A stretch of 37,963 nt of DNA from Deltaproteobacteria bacterium (GTDB lineage Bacteria > SAR324 > NAC60-12): the NCBI GenBank assembly GCA_038150265.1, contig JAYOTF010000033.1:587-38549 (forward strand), in the 5' to 3' direction. Position numbers and translations under genes: made by a program. The notes under the pieces were generated by a model, which saw only the letters and a program-made list of their open reading frames with translations, had not been told where the DNA came from and made no database searches. The stretch's first letter is position 1. The number at the start of each line of letters is the position of its first letter. Shown piece after piece: positions 8,930-17,098 of this stretch.

Positions 8930-9559
8930 ATGCTCGCCACCATCCGCACCCAGCTGGCCACTTACGCTCCCCCCTGCAACCCCCACCCGGTGAAGCGCGC
9001 CTCGGTGCTGATTCCGCTCTTTGAGCAAGGCACGGTTCCGCATCTGCTGCTGACCCGTCGCGCTTCGCACCTGCGCTCCCACTCCGGACAGGTCTCCTTT
9101 CCGGGAGGCAAGCAGGACCCGGAGGATGGCTCCGCTCAGGCAACAGCGCTCCGGGAGTCTGAAGAAGAGGTGGGGCTCTTGCCTCAGCAGGTTGAAATCA
9201 TTGGCCAGATCGACCAGATCACCTCGCTGCATCAGTACCTTGTAACCCCATTTGTGGGAGTCATCCCCTCCTCTTTTGTCCCACGTCCGAATCCGGAGGA
9301 GATCGAGTCCGTGTTCTCGGTGCCGCTCGACTTCTTCATGAATCCGGAACACCACACCAGCCAGGAAATCACCCACCGGGACGTTCCGTTCTACTCCCAC
9401 CACTTTCACTTTGGCCCCTACGACATCTGGGGCATGACCGCCATGCTGATCCTCCGGTTTCTGGAAGTCTCGCTGCAGTACATTCCGTCCTACCCGGTCC
9501 ATCATCCGGGCGCGCCTTCCTGGTTTGAAATGACCCAGCGCCTCACTCCCCACTTGTAA
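8930..9559 (+). CDS. CoA pyrophosphatase (NudL/Pcd1-type Nudix hydrolase)
   Basis: NuCoA motif LLTRRASHLRSHSGQVSFPGG, Nudix box ATALRESEEEVGL, IWGMTA. ATG 8930 follows an AGGAG SD. Confidence 0.92.
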   Translation: MLATIRTQLATYAPPCNPHPVKRASVLIPLFEQGTVPHLLLTRRASHLRSHSGQVSFPGGKQDPEDGSAQATALRESEEEVGLLPQQVEIIGQIDQITSLHQYLVTPFVGVIPSSFVPRPNPEEIESVFSVPLDFFMNPEHHTSQEITHRDVPFYSHHFHFGPYDIWGMTAMLILRFLEVSLQYIPSYPVHHPGAPSWFEMTQRLTPHL

Positions 9560-9685
9560 TTTGAACGCACTGCTGGTGTGATCAGGACAAAATTCATTCT
9601 GAGTCGGTCCTTGAAAAAGCTCCTCCGCTTCAGCAGACCTCTTCTTTCAAGTTGACTCATTTATTCCGAAACACGCTGGCGCGAG

Positions 9686-9745
9686 TGACGGCCTCTCCAG
9701 GAAAGTCATTCAGTAGGAATCGGGTGGCGTTTCCAGAAGCCGTCA
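9686..9745. repeat. Long imperfect hairpin in the ~385-bp intergenic region upstream of the PilZ/cyclase genes
   Basis: TGACGGCCTCT...AGAAGCCGTCA encloses GGAAA/TTTCC and GTCATTC/GGGTGGC (with G-U pairs). Further hairpins follow, e.g. GGGCTTC-ATGG-GAGGCCC at 9746-9763. Confidence 0.45.
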
Positions 9746-9944
9746 GGGCTTCATGGGAGGCCCCGGGTGGCTGGCGCTCGAGCCCGCTTGCTTCCGGCCC
9801 CCCTCCGGAGGCTCGATGGGCCCTCGCACTTTCGGAAACGATGAATCAGACTGAGAGCCATGGAAAAGGTTTGTGCTCCGAGGGAGCGGCGCAGGCGCTT
9901 GAGCCTGAACCCTTCCCGCCTTCCTCGGTCACTGTTGCTCACCG

Positions 9945-10343
9945 ATGCAGGAACAGGAGTTGCCGCTCATGCCGGAAAAACGCTACTTCAGGCGCATTCA
10001 GTTTGCGAATCCCATGCTCCTCTTGCTGGAGGAACAGGTGGAGGCCGAGATCCTCAACTTGTCCCTCAAGGGAGTCCGGATCCGTCCGTACCAACCCGTC
10101 GCCCTCACTCCCGGACTGCGGGTCCGCTTGTGCCTGCCGCTGAATGAACAGATCACCCTGGAGCTGCAGGCTCAGGCCATCCGCGAGCAAGAGGGCTCCT
10201 GGAGCTTTGAGTTTGTCGAGATGGAACTCGAAGCCTTTACCCACCTGAGAAGTTTACTGGAGGCCAACCTGGGGGATGATGAAGAGATTGAGCAGGAGCT
10301 TCGGTACTGGCACAAGCCACCTCCCCCAGCGCCCTGCCCCTGA
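9945..10343 (+). CDS. Stand-alone PilZ-domain protein (c-di-GMP receptor)
   Basis: RxxxR motif (KRYFRR), [D/N]xSxxG motif (NLSLKG) and the C-terminal helix THLRSLLEANLGD...IEQEL typical of single-domain PilZ proteins. The start could be ATG 9969. Confidence 0.85.
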   Translation: MQEQELPLMPEKRYFRRIQFANPMLLLLEEQVEAEILNLSLKGVRIRPYQPVALTPGLRVRLCLPLNEQITLELQAQAIREQEGSWSFEFVEMELEAFTHLRSLLEANLGDDEEIEQELRYWHKPPPPAPCP

Positions 10344-10382
10344 CCCCCTTACCCGTCACCTGCTGAAAAGAGGGCTTCTGGA

Positions 10383-12176
10383 ATGAGTGACCCGTCCACG
10401 CTTCTCAAACTTCCTGACCACCTCCGCCTGCTCCTGCTCGGAGAAACGGACACCTGGGACGAGGTGCAGACGCTGCTGAGGCAGAACCAGGACCTCAACC
10501 TGGTCCAGGTCAACTCGCTTCCAGACCTCCATCAACTGACCGCTGCGCCCGTCCCCGACCTCACGGTCATTGATCTCAATTCCTTTGGTGGCACCTCTCT
10601 GGAACTGATCGAAGTTCTGGAACGCCAGCTGCTGCGCCCTCCGCTTTTGCTCCTCATTGAAGAAAGCGACTACCCGGACCTCATCCGGCACCCAATGCTT
10701 CGGGACTGCGACTACGCCACCCACCCGGTGCAGGCCGACCTGCTCACGAAGCGCATTGAGGTCCTGCTCAACCTGATCTACTACCAGCAGCTCAGTGAGC
10801 AAAGCACCAAGGAACTGCAGGAAATTGATCAGCAGCGTCAGGAGCTTTCGGAGCGGGCCAATGATGTGTCTGAGGAGCTGCGTCTGGCCAAGTGGCAGAT
10901 GGAAATGGCCTCCGGTGAACTGGAACGCCTGAACCGGACCCTCAAGCTCTTTGTGCACCTGCCGTTGCTCAACCGCATGGTCATCCCGTCTCCCGGAGAC
11001 TCGAATCCCGATGACTTCACCGAGCTTCAGGCGACCGTCATGTTTGCCGACATCCGCTCGTACACCGCCCGGAGCGAGCAGATGAACCCCCATGAAAACT
11101 TTTCCTTCCTCAACCACTTCTTCAACCTGATGGAGCCCCCCATCCTCGACAACCAGGGCTACATTGACAAATTCATCGGGGACGAGATCATGGCGGTGTT
11201 TGACGAGGAAGACTCTCATCCAAACGGTGCCCTGCAAGCCGCCATTCAGATGCAGCAGACGATTCAGCAGGCCAACCAGGACCTTCCTCCCGAAAAGCAG
11301 ACACGCTTTGGCATCGGCCTCAACACGGGCTCCGTGATGGCAGGCATGCTGGGCTCACAGCACCGCATGAACCCCACGGTCATTGGCGACCACGTCAACC
11401 TGGCTTCCCGCCTGCAGGGCCTGACCAAGAAGTACCAGGCCGACATCCTCATTTCCGAGTCCACTTACGCTCAGATTGACGCCTCTGCTTACCTGATCCG
11501 GGAGATTGACACCGTCCCCATCCGTGGCAAGCAGGTGCCCGTGACCATCTACGAGGTCTTCAACACGGCTCCGGAAGAGCTGCGCGAGCAAAAGCTTCAG
11601 GCGCTTGCACCACTCAGCCGAGCGATTGCCCTCTACAAGCAGCGGCGTTTTGAGGAAGCTCTGCATGAAATTTACGAATGCCTGCAGGTCTTCCCAGAGG
11701 ATGTGGTCACCCTGGAGTACCTCAAGCGGTGCCGGTACTTTCAGAAGTACCCCCCACGTGATCCCAAGTGGGATGGCGTGGTCTATGAATCCGACCAGCT
11801 CGTCGACCGGACCATTTGGCGTCAGAATGCCCGTTACGCCCTGCCGGTTCCCTTGTCTCTTCAACAGACAGCCAGCGCCAGTGTTCTCTCGGCCCAGTTG
11901 GTTGACCTGTCGCTTTCCGGAATGAAGATTGAGCTGCAGCGGCCCCTGAAGCTGGAAGCCGTCCTCTCCGTCACCTTCGAGTTCAGACACGCCCACCTGG
12001 GAGCCCCGTTTGACGACCTCACCTGTCAACCCATGTGCCGGGTGGTCTGGGCTCGGCGTCGAGATGAAACCGCCTGGGAGGCCGGGCTGGAGATCATCCT
12101 GCTGCCCCCTGGTCAGGAACAGGCCCTCTCACAGGCTCTGAGTAACCTCGAAGCCCTCCCGGACCCAACCGTATAA
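10383..12176 (+). CDS. Class III adenylate cyclase with degenerate receiver domain, coiled coil, TPR-like helices and C-terminal PilZ domain
   Basis: Cyclase motifs FADIRSYT, DKFIGDEIM, GIGLNTG and TVIGDHVNLASRLQG (Lys/Thr pair indicates ATP). Receiver-like PDLTVID...DYATHP. TPR-like ALYKQRRFEEAL...FPED...WDGV. PilZ motifs RQNAR, DLSLSG and RVVW...EAGLE. Confidence 0.9.
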   Translation: MSDPSTLLKLPDHLRLLLLGETDTWDEVQTLLRQNQDLNLVQVNSLPDLHQLTAAPVPDLTVIDLNSFGGTSLELIEVLERQLLRPPLLLLIEESDYPDLIRHPMLRDCDYATHPVQADLLTKRIEVLLNLIYYQQLSEQSTKELQEIDQQRQELSERANDVSEELRLAKWQMEMASGELERLNRTLKLFVHLPLLNRMVIPSPGDSNPDDFTELQATVMFADIRSYTARSEQMNPHENFSFLNHFFNLMEPPILDNQGYIDKFIGDEIMAVFDEEDSHPNGALQAAIQMQQTIQQANQDLPPEKQTRFGIGLNTGSVMAGMLGSQHRMNPTVIGDHVNLASRLQGLTKKYQADILISESTYAQIDASAYLIREIDTVPIRGKQVPVTIYEVFNTAPEELREQKLQALAPLSRAIALYKQRRFEEALHEIYECLQVFPEDVVTLEYLKRCRYFQKYPPRDPKWDGVVYESDQLVDRTIWRQNARYALPVPLSLQQTASASVLSAQLVDLSLSGMKIELQRPLKLEAVLSVTFEFRHAHLGAPFDDLTCQPMCRVVWARRRDETAWEAGLEIILLPPGQEQALSQALSNLEALPDPTV

Positions 12177-12262
12177 CCCCCGCCCAGCGGGTTCGGCTTG
12201 TACCTGGCCTCATTTTCCTGAAAACTGATGGTTTTGCGTTTCTGCTCATCCGCTTGCGTTCC

Positions 12263-12682
12263 ATGGCCCACACCCTTCTCCTGCTCCAAGGTCCTCCCCT
12301 TCCAGGGGTCGAAGTGGATTTCTCTCACCAAGAGGCCCTGGTCCGGACCGTGTTGGAACCGCACGCCCTGACGTGTGAAGGAATGTATGCGGAAACCGAG
12401 CAACCCCTGATCGATTGGCTCCACGCCCAGCGTGCAGCATCGTTTGTGATTGCGAATCTTGGGCAACTGGCCACTCCGGAGGGGCGCCTGGGTGCCGAGT
12501 TGACCGACCTCGGATTCCCGGTCTTTGAGATTCAGGATCGGGCTGTCCCCAGCTCGGGAGGGCCTCCTCCGACCGCTTTCCCGCAGGCAGTGGGGTGCCT
12601 CGCCGGACTTGGCTCCCGTGCGTATTCCCTTGCCGCCCAGTTTGCCGTTGACTGGCTGACCACCTCCTACCCTGCAGAGTAA
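12263..12682 (+). CDS. Type II 3-dehydroquinase (AroQ)-fold protein lacking catalytic residues; probable pseudoenzyme
   Basis: Segments align with AroQ: LLLLQGPPL (ILVLNGPNL), ETEQPLIDWLH (SNHEGELIDWIH), VIANLG (IIINPA), FPVFEIQ (PFIEVH), AVGCLAGLGSRAYSLA (AVGVICGLGAQGYLLA). The lid RE..YG is missing. The ORF is intact and 1 nt from gspC. Confidence 0.65.
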   Translation: MAHTLLLLQGPPLPGVEVDFSHQEALVRTVLEPHALTCEGMYAETEQPLIDWLHAQRAASFVIANLGQLATPEGRLGAELTDLGFPVFEIQDRAVPSSGGPPPTAFPQAVGCLAGLGSRAYSLAAQFAVDWLTTSYPAE

Positions 12683-12683
12683 C

Positions 12684-13703
12684 ATGCGCCTGGACGCCGG
12701 AATCTGGATTCAACTTGGAAACAGCGCGCTCGCTCTTGCCATTGCTGTGGGCGTGGGAACGCTCGGAGCCGAATGGATCCGCCAGCAAACGCTGCAACTG
12801 CCCCCTCCGGCTCCGGCCCAGAACCTGAAGCCCGCTCCACCGCCTCAGGACTCCGGGAAGTCTCAGCAGGCGTTTGCCCCCATCCTCGACCAAAACGTCT
12901 TCCGGGCCCAGAAACAGGAAGCGCCCCTGCCTCCGGTGCCTCCCCCAACCAGTGACCCCACCACTCCGGACACTCAGGTCATCCCTCAGACCAACCTGAA
13001 TGTCGCTCTGACCGGCACCATGATCTTTGGGCCGAAGAACGCCTTCGCCTTCATCAGCTCCCGGAATCAGCTCGCCAACTACCGCATCTATGAGCTGGGG
13101 GAGTGCTTTGACCCCAACTCGGTGACGCCCACCGACTGCACCCCCGGAACCGTCAAGGTGCTGGAAGTCATGGACCGCGAGGTCGTCCTCGTCTTCCGAG
13201 ATCAGAAGCAACGCCTGCTCATGGAGGAAGCGCCCGGCACCCCCAGTGCCGCCAGCCCCCCGGCACAGCGTGCGCCCCAGACCGCAGCGCTGGTGGTGCC
13301 TCCTGCCAGCAAGCCGGCCCCCCAACCGGCGTCCCCGGCTCCTCAATCCTCCTCTTCCTCACAAGCGCCGCCTCCGGCTGCAGAGGGGCAAACCACGTTC
13401 AACTTCACCCGATCCTGGGTCGATGAGCAACTCGCCAACTTCAACCAGATCCTCATGGATGCACGGGTGGTGGCCACGGAAACAGAGCCCCCGCGGTTCA
13501 TGTTCAAGTACATCAAGAAAGGCAGCCTCTACGAGCAGCTTGGGCTCAAAACCAACGATGTCATCCTCGAAGTGAACGGTTTTGTCATCGACTCCCTGCC
13601 CAAGGCATTAAAATTGATGGAAACCTTGCAGGCGGAACGGGAAATTGCGCTCAAGGTGGAGCGCGACGAGACCCCGATCGTCTTCAATTACTACATCGAT
13701 TGA
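12684..13703 (+). CDS. gspC: Type II secretion system protein C (GspC/PulC-like) with C-terminal PDZ domain
   Basis: N-terminal TM, Pro-rich linkers, HR domain (LNVALTGTM...AFAFI...IYELGE...KVLEVMDREVVL) and PDZ (YIKKGSLYEQLGLKTNDVILEVNG). Confidence 0.8.
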   Translation: MRLDAGIWIQLGNSALALAIAVGVGTLGAEWIRQQTLQLPPPAPAQNLKPAPPPQDSGKSQQAFAPILDQNVFRAQKQEAPLPPVPPPTSDPTTPDTQVIPQTNLNVALTGTMIFGPKNAFAFISSRNQLANYRIYELGECFDPNSVTPTDCTPGTVKVLEVMDREVVLVFRDQKQRLLMEEAPGTPSAASPPAQRAPQTAALVVPPASKPAPQPASPAPQSSSSSQAPPPAAEGQTTFNFTRSWVDEQLANFNQILMDARVVATETEPPRFMFKYIKKGSLYEQLGLKTNDVILEVNGFVIDSLPKALKLMETLQAEREIALKVERDETPIVFNYYID

Positions 13704-13734
13704 TTTTTTCTGACGACTCCCTCCTGACGCATCC

Positions 13735-15384
13735 TTGACCTTGCCGCGCCTTTCACTCTGGACGTGGGGCCTCTTTGCGCTCCACTTCATCATCTTCCTT
13801 GGGGTGAACCAGCTCCTGAATCCCCATCCGGACATGGTCGATCACTGGATCTGGGGGCAGTACCTTTCCTTCTCCTACTACGAACACCCGCCCATGATCG
13901 CCGTCCTCTTCCGGGGCCTGACGCTGGTGCTGGGCGACTCGGAGTGGGGCATGGAGGTCGGTGCTCAGTTGGTGAACCTGTTGGTCCTTGCCGGGGTGTA
14001 TGGCATTGCCCACAAAACGTTTGGTCCGGAAGCCGCGCTGGGCTCCTTGCTGGTGCTCTGTGGCATGCCCTACTTCACCGTGGGCAGCATCTTCCTCCAC
14101 ATCACACAGCCGTTCATGCTGTCGTGGCTCGCCGCCCTGTTTTGCTGGATTCAGTGGCACCAGACGCGTGAGGTTCGCTGGCTCTGGGGGATCGGCATTG
14201 CCGCTGGGCTGGGCGCGCTCTCCAAGTACATCATGATCCTCTTTTACATGGGGATGATGCTGCACTTCCTGGTGTACCGAGAGCAGCGGTCCCAGTGGCT
14301 CAACTGGCGGATTTATGCGGCGGGCGGGCTGTCGCTGCTACTCTTCAGCCCCGTGCTGTGGTGGAACTTCCAGAATGACTGGATTTCCTTCCGCTGGCAG
14401 CTGTCTCGGGGAACTTCCGGAGCGGATTTCGGTGAAAACACCATCGACTTCACGGTGGGGCACTGGCTGCTGTTTTCGCCCATCTGGTTTGCAGCCGGCG
14501 TCTGGGTGCTGCTGCGCCTCCGGAACCGCCTACGTGATGGACATGCTCCGGAAAGCGCCATTGCGCTGGTGTCGCTCGTGCCTCTCGGTTTCTTTACGCT
14601 CATGAGCCTGAAGGGCTCCATCGCCGACCCGCACTGGGCCAACCTGGCGTACCTCGGCTTGGCTCTACTGCTCGGACGGGAATTGGCATCCGGATGCCTG
14701 CAGGCGCACCGCAAGAAGCTCATCCTGGCAGGGCTGGCCCTCAACCTGCTCAGCGTCACGCTGCTGGTTCGGCACACCCTGCACCCCCTCTACGACTGGG
14801 CGCCATTTGAACTCAAGAACTTCCGCTACCTGGAGCAGCAGGGGGTTCCGGAGGCGGTGCAGCAAATCCTGCGGGACCACCGAGGCCGTTTTTACAGCAA
14901 ACCCGCCTACCAGGCCAAGCTGCAGGAGTGGCTCAGCCCAGACGCCTACCAGCAGTGGGGCGCCCTGATCCTCCGCGTCGCTCAAGACAGCGTGGGAGAC
15001 CGCTTCACCAGCTTCCTCGACTGGCCAGAAACCGGAGCCGAGTTGCAGGCCCTGGTGCAGCAGCATGGCTGGGACTCGGTCGACTTCATTGTGTCCCGCG
15101 AATACCAGCTCAGCAGCGCCCTCTCGTACTGGATCCCGCAGCACCCTCGTCCCTGGCCACACAGCCTGGAAAAGCAGGAGCGCAACCAGTGGAGCCCCCG
15201 GGAAGCCGTGCTGACGCAACGGAGCATTTTTGTCTGCGACCTCTGGGAATGCGAAGACACGCTGCGGAAGGCGGAAGCAGCCCTGGGGCGGTCTTTGGAG
15301 TACTGGGGCGAGATTGTGCAGTACCGTGACGAGCGGCTGGTCCGAAACCTCCTCGTTTACCGCATTCCGGCCTCTGACGACTAA
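13735..15384 (+). CDS. Polytopic membrane glycosyltransferase, GT39/ArnT-like
   Basis: SYYEHPPMIA, GLGALSKY, PVLWWNFQNDWISFRWQ and many TM helices. The TTG start is uncertain. Confidence 0.85.
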   Translation: MTLPRLSLWTWGLFALHFIIFLGVNQLLNPHPDMVDHWIWGQYLSFSYYEHPPMIAVLFRGLTLVLGDSEWGMEVGAQLVNLLVLAGVYGIAHKTFGPEAALGSLLVLCGMPYFTVGSIFLHITQPFMLSWLAALFCWIQWHQTREVRWLWGIGIAAGLGALSKYIMILFYMGMMLHFLVYREQRSQWLNWRIYAAGGLSLLLFSPVLWWNFQNDWISFRWQLSRGTSGADFGENTIDFTVGHWLLFSPIWFAAGVWVLLRLRNRLRDGHAPESAIALVSLVPLGFFTLMSLKGSIADPHWANLAYLGLALLLGRELASGCLQAHRKKLILAGLALNLLSVTLLVRHTLHPLYDWAPFELKNFRYLEQQGVPEAVQQILRDHRGRFYSKPAYQAKLQEWLSPDAYQQWGALILRVAQDSVGDRFTSFLDWPETGAELQALVQQHGWDSVDFIVSREYQLSSALSYWIPQHPRPWPHSLEKQERNQWSPREAVLTQRSIFVCDLWECEDTLRKAEAALGRSLEYWGEIVQYRDERLVRNLLVYRIPASDD

Positions 15385-15492
15385 ACCGAGCCGCACTTTG
15401 ACTTCCGATTAGGAGACTTTTACTTGAGCTTTCATCAAGAGAAGCTAACTTTGCTCTGATTCTTTTGCACTCCTGCCCACGAATCCTGCCTC

Positions 15493-17079
15493 ATGAAACA
15501 ACTGACCATTCGTACCAAGCTCCTCTTGATCCTGGCCCTCATGATCGGGCTGCTCGCAGGAAGCGGCATCTTCCTCTCCATTCAGGTGCAGAACAACGCC
15601 CACGCCTTTTTGGAGTCGGAGCAGAACCTCCTCAAGCGCCAGCAGCACTTTCAAGACCTCCAGTCCCTGCTGGGGCCCAACGGTCTGCTGGACGCCTACA
15701 AGAGCTACCGCATTTGGGGAGATGCCCAGGACGCCCGCCGGTTTCAGCAAACGGAGGCGCAGGTCCAACAGCTGGTGCAAGCGTACCTGACGCTGCCTCT
15801 TGAAAGGCCGGAACGCGATGCCCTGCTTGCCCTGGAAAAGGCCTTGAATCCGTACCGAGAGGCGCTTCCTCGGGTTCGGGCCTCCTGGCAAAATCCGGAT
15901 GCCCCTCTGCCTGCACGCCTCGACCCCACTCCCCTGGTGCGGAACCTGGACATCATCGCTCAGCTTCTGAAACAGGATCAGGAGCAACGCGCGGTTACCC
16001 TCAAGAGCAACCAGCAGCAACGACTGGGGCTCGTGCTTTCGGTGTTTGGCGGATTGATTGGGGTGCTGCTGATCGTGTTCTGGGTCCTGGACCAGACCCT
16101 CGACCGCCTGCTGCGGCGCCTGCTGGTCAACCTTGAGACCACCTTCGAGGAGCTGAACGATTCGGCTGAACACTTCACCATCAGCTCCCAGCGACTGGCA
16201 GAGAGCTCCACTCAGCAGTCGGCCAGCCTCGAGGAAATCTCGCATCGGGTTCGGCTCCTGGCAGACCAGGCGTTGCTGAACTCTCAGCGGGCCTCTGACT
16301 CAGTCAGCACAATGGCACTGGTGGCCACCACCACCAAGCAGGCGGCTCACAACGCACAAACCACCACGCACATTGCCCACGATTCCGAAGAAGTCGCTGC
16401 CGGAGGCGCACAGGTCACCCAAAACCTGATGACCGCCATGACGGTCCTCATTTCGAGCAGTCACAAGATTTCCGGAATCCTGGAGCTGATCAATGAAATC
16501 AGCAGCCAGACCAAGATGCTCTCCACCAATGCCGCGATTGAAGCCGCCCGGGCGGGAGAGTCGGGGAAGGGATTTGCCGTGGTGGCGGATGAGGTGTCGA
16601 AGCTTGCGGAATCCTCTCGGCAGGCCGCCAAGGAAATCGCGGCGCTGGTGAGTGAAAATGTCGACCAGGCCAGTGTCGCAAGCGACCTTTCCCGTCAGGG
16701 AGACCAGGCCCTCCAGGAGTTTCTGAACAAGGCGAAGACCACCGCCGAATTGGCCGATGTCATCGTCAACTCCTCTCAGAAGCAAAGCGAGGCGGTTCGG
16801 CAAATCGAGACCATGATTGGCGACATCAACCGAGCCTCCGGTGAGCAGGCAGAAGGCACCACTCAGGCCAGCCGGGCCCTTTATGAGCTGGATGTGGTCA
16901 CCCAAAGCAATGCCGCCAATGCCGAAGAGATTGCAGGCTCCGCCTCCGTCCTCAAGGACCAGGCCGCAATGCTGCGGGGGCTGCTTGAGGAAATCTCTGT
17001 TCACATTCGCCTCAAGCCCCATGAACCGTCACCGTCTCGAACCGAGGCCTCTCTGCCCAACCTGTTGACGCACTCCTAA
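15493..17079 (+). CDS. Methyl-accepting chemotaxis protein (two TM helices, periplasmic sensor)
   Basis: TM1 and TM2, QQSASLEE methylation helix, hairpin tip [32 protein letters not shown]. Confidence 0.95.
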   Translation: MKQLTIRTKLLLILALMIGLLAGSGIFLSIQVQNNAHAFLESEQNLLKRQQHFQDLQSLLGPNGLLDAYKSYRIWGDAQDARRFQQTEAQVQQLVQAYLTLPLERPERDALLALEKALNPYREALPRVRASWQNPDAPLPARLDPTPLVRNLDIIAQLLKQDQEQRAVTLKSNQQQRLGLVLSVFGGLIGVLLIVFWVLDQTLDRLLRRLLVNLETTFEELNDSAEHFTISSQRLAESSTQQSASLEEISHRVRLLADQALLNSQRASDSVSTMALVATTTKQAAHNAQTTTHIAHDSEEVAAGGAQVTQNLMTAMTVLISSSHKISGILELINEISSQTKMLSTNAAIEAARAGESGKGFAVVADEVSKLAESSRQAAKEIAALVSENVDQASVASDLSRQGDQALQEFLNKAKTTAELADVIVNSSQKQSEAVRQIETMIGDINRASGEQAEGTTQASRALYELDVVTQSNAANAEEIAGSASVLKDQAAMLRGLLEEISVHIRLKPHEPSPSRTEASLPNLLTHS

Positions 17080-17098
17080 ACCTTCCCGCAAGAAATCC

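Noticed and set aside
9700..9870. Cobalamin- or TPP-riboswitch-like words (AGGAATCGGGTG, CTGAGA)
   Set aside because: The remaining conserved elements (B12 box, GCCACTG, ACCTGAT) are absent, and the downstream genes do not fit.
9652..10143. 163-aa and 95-aa ORFs crossing the intergenic gap
   Set aside because: Low-complexity Ser/Arg/Pro-rich translations with no SD that overlap the PilZ gene out of frame.
13225..13385. Pro/Ala/Ser-rich low-complexity stretch in gspC
   Set aside because: Ordinary flexible linker between the HR and PDZ domains, not a DNA repeat element.
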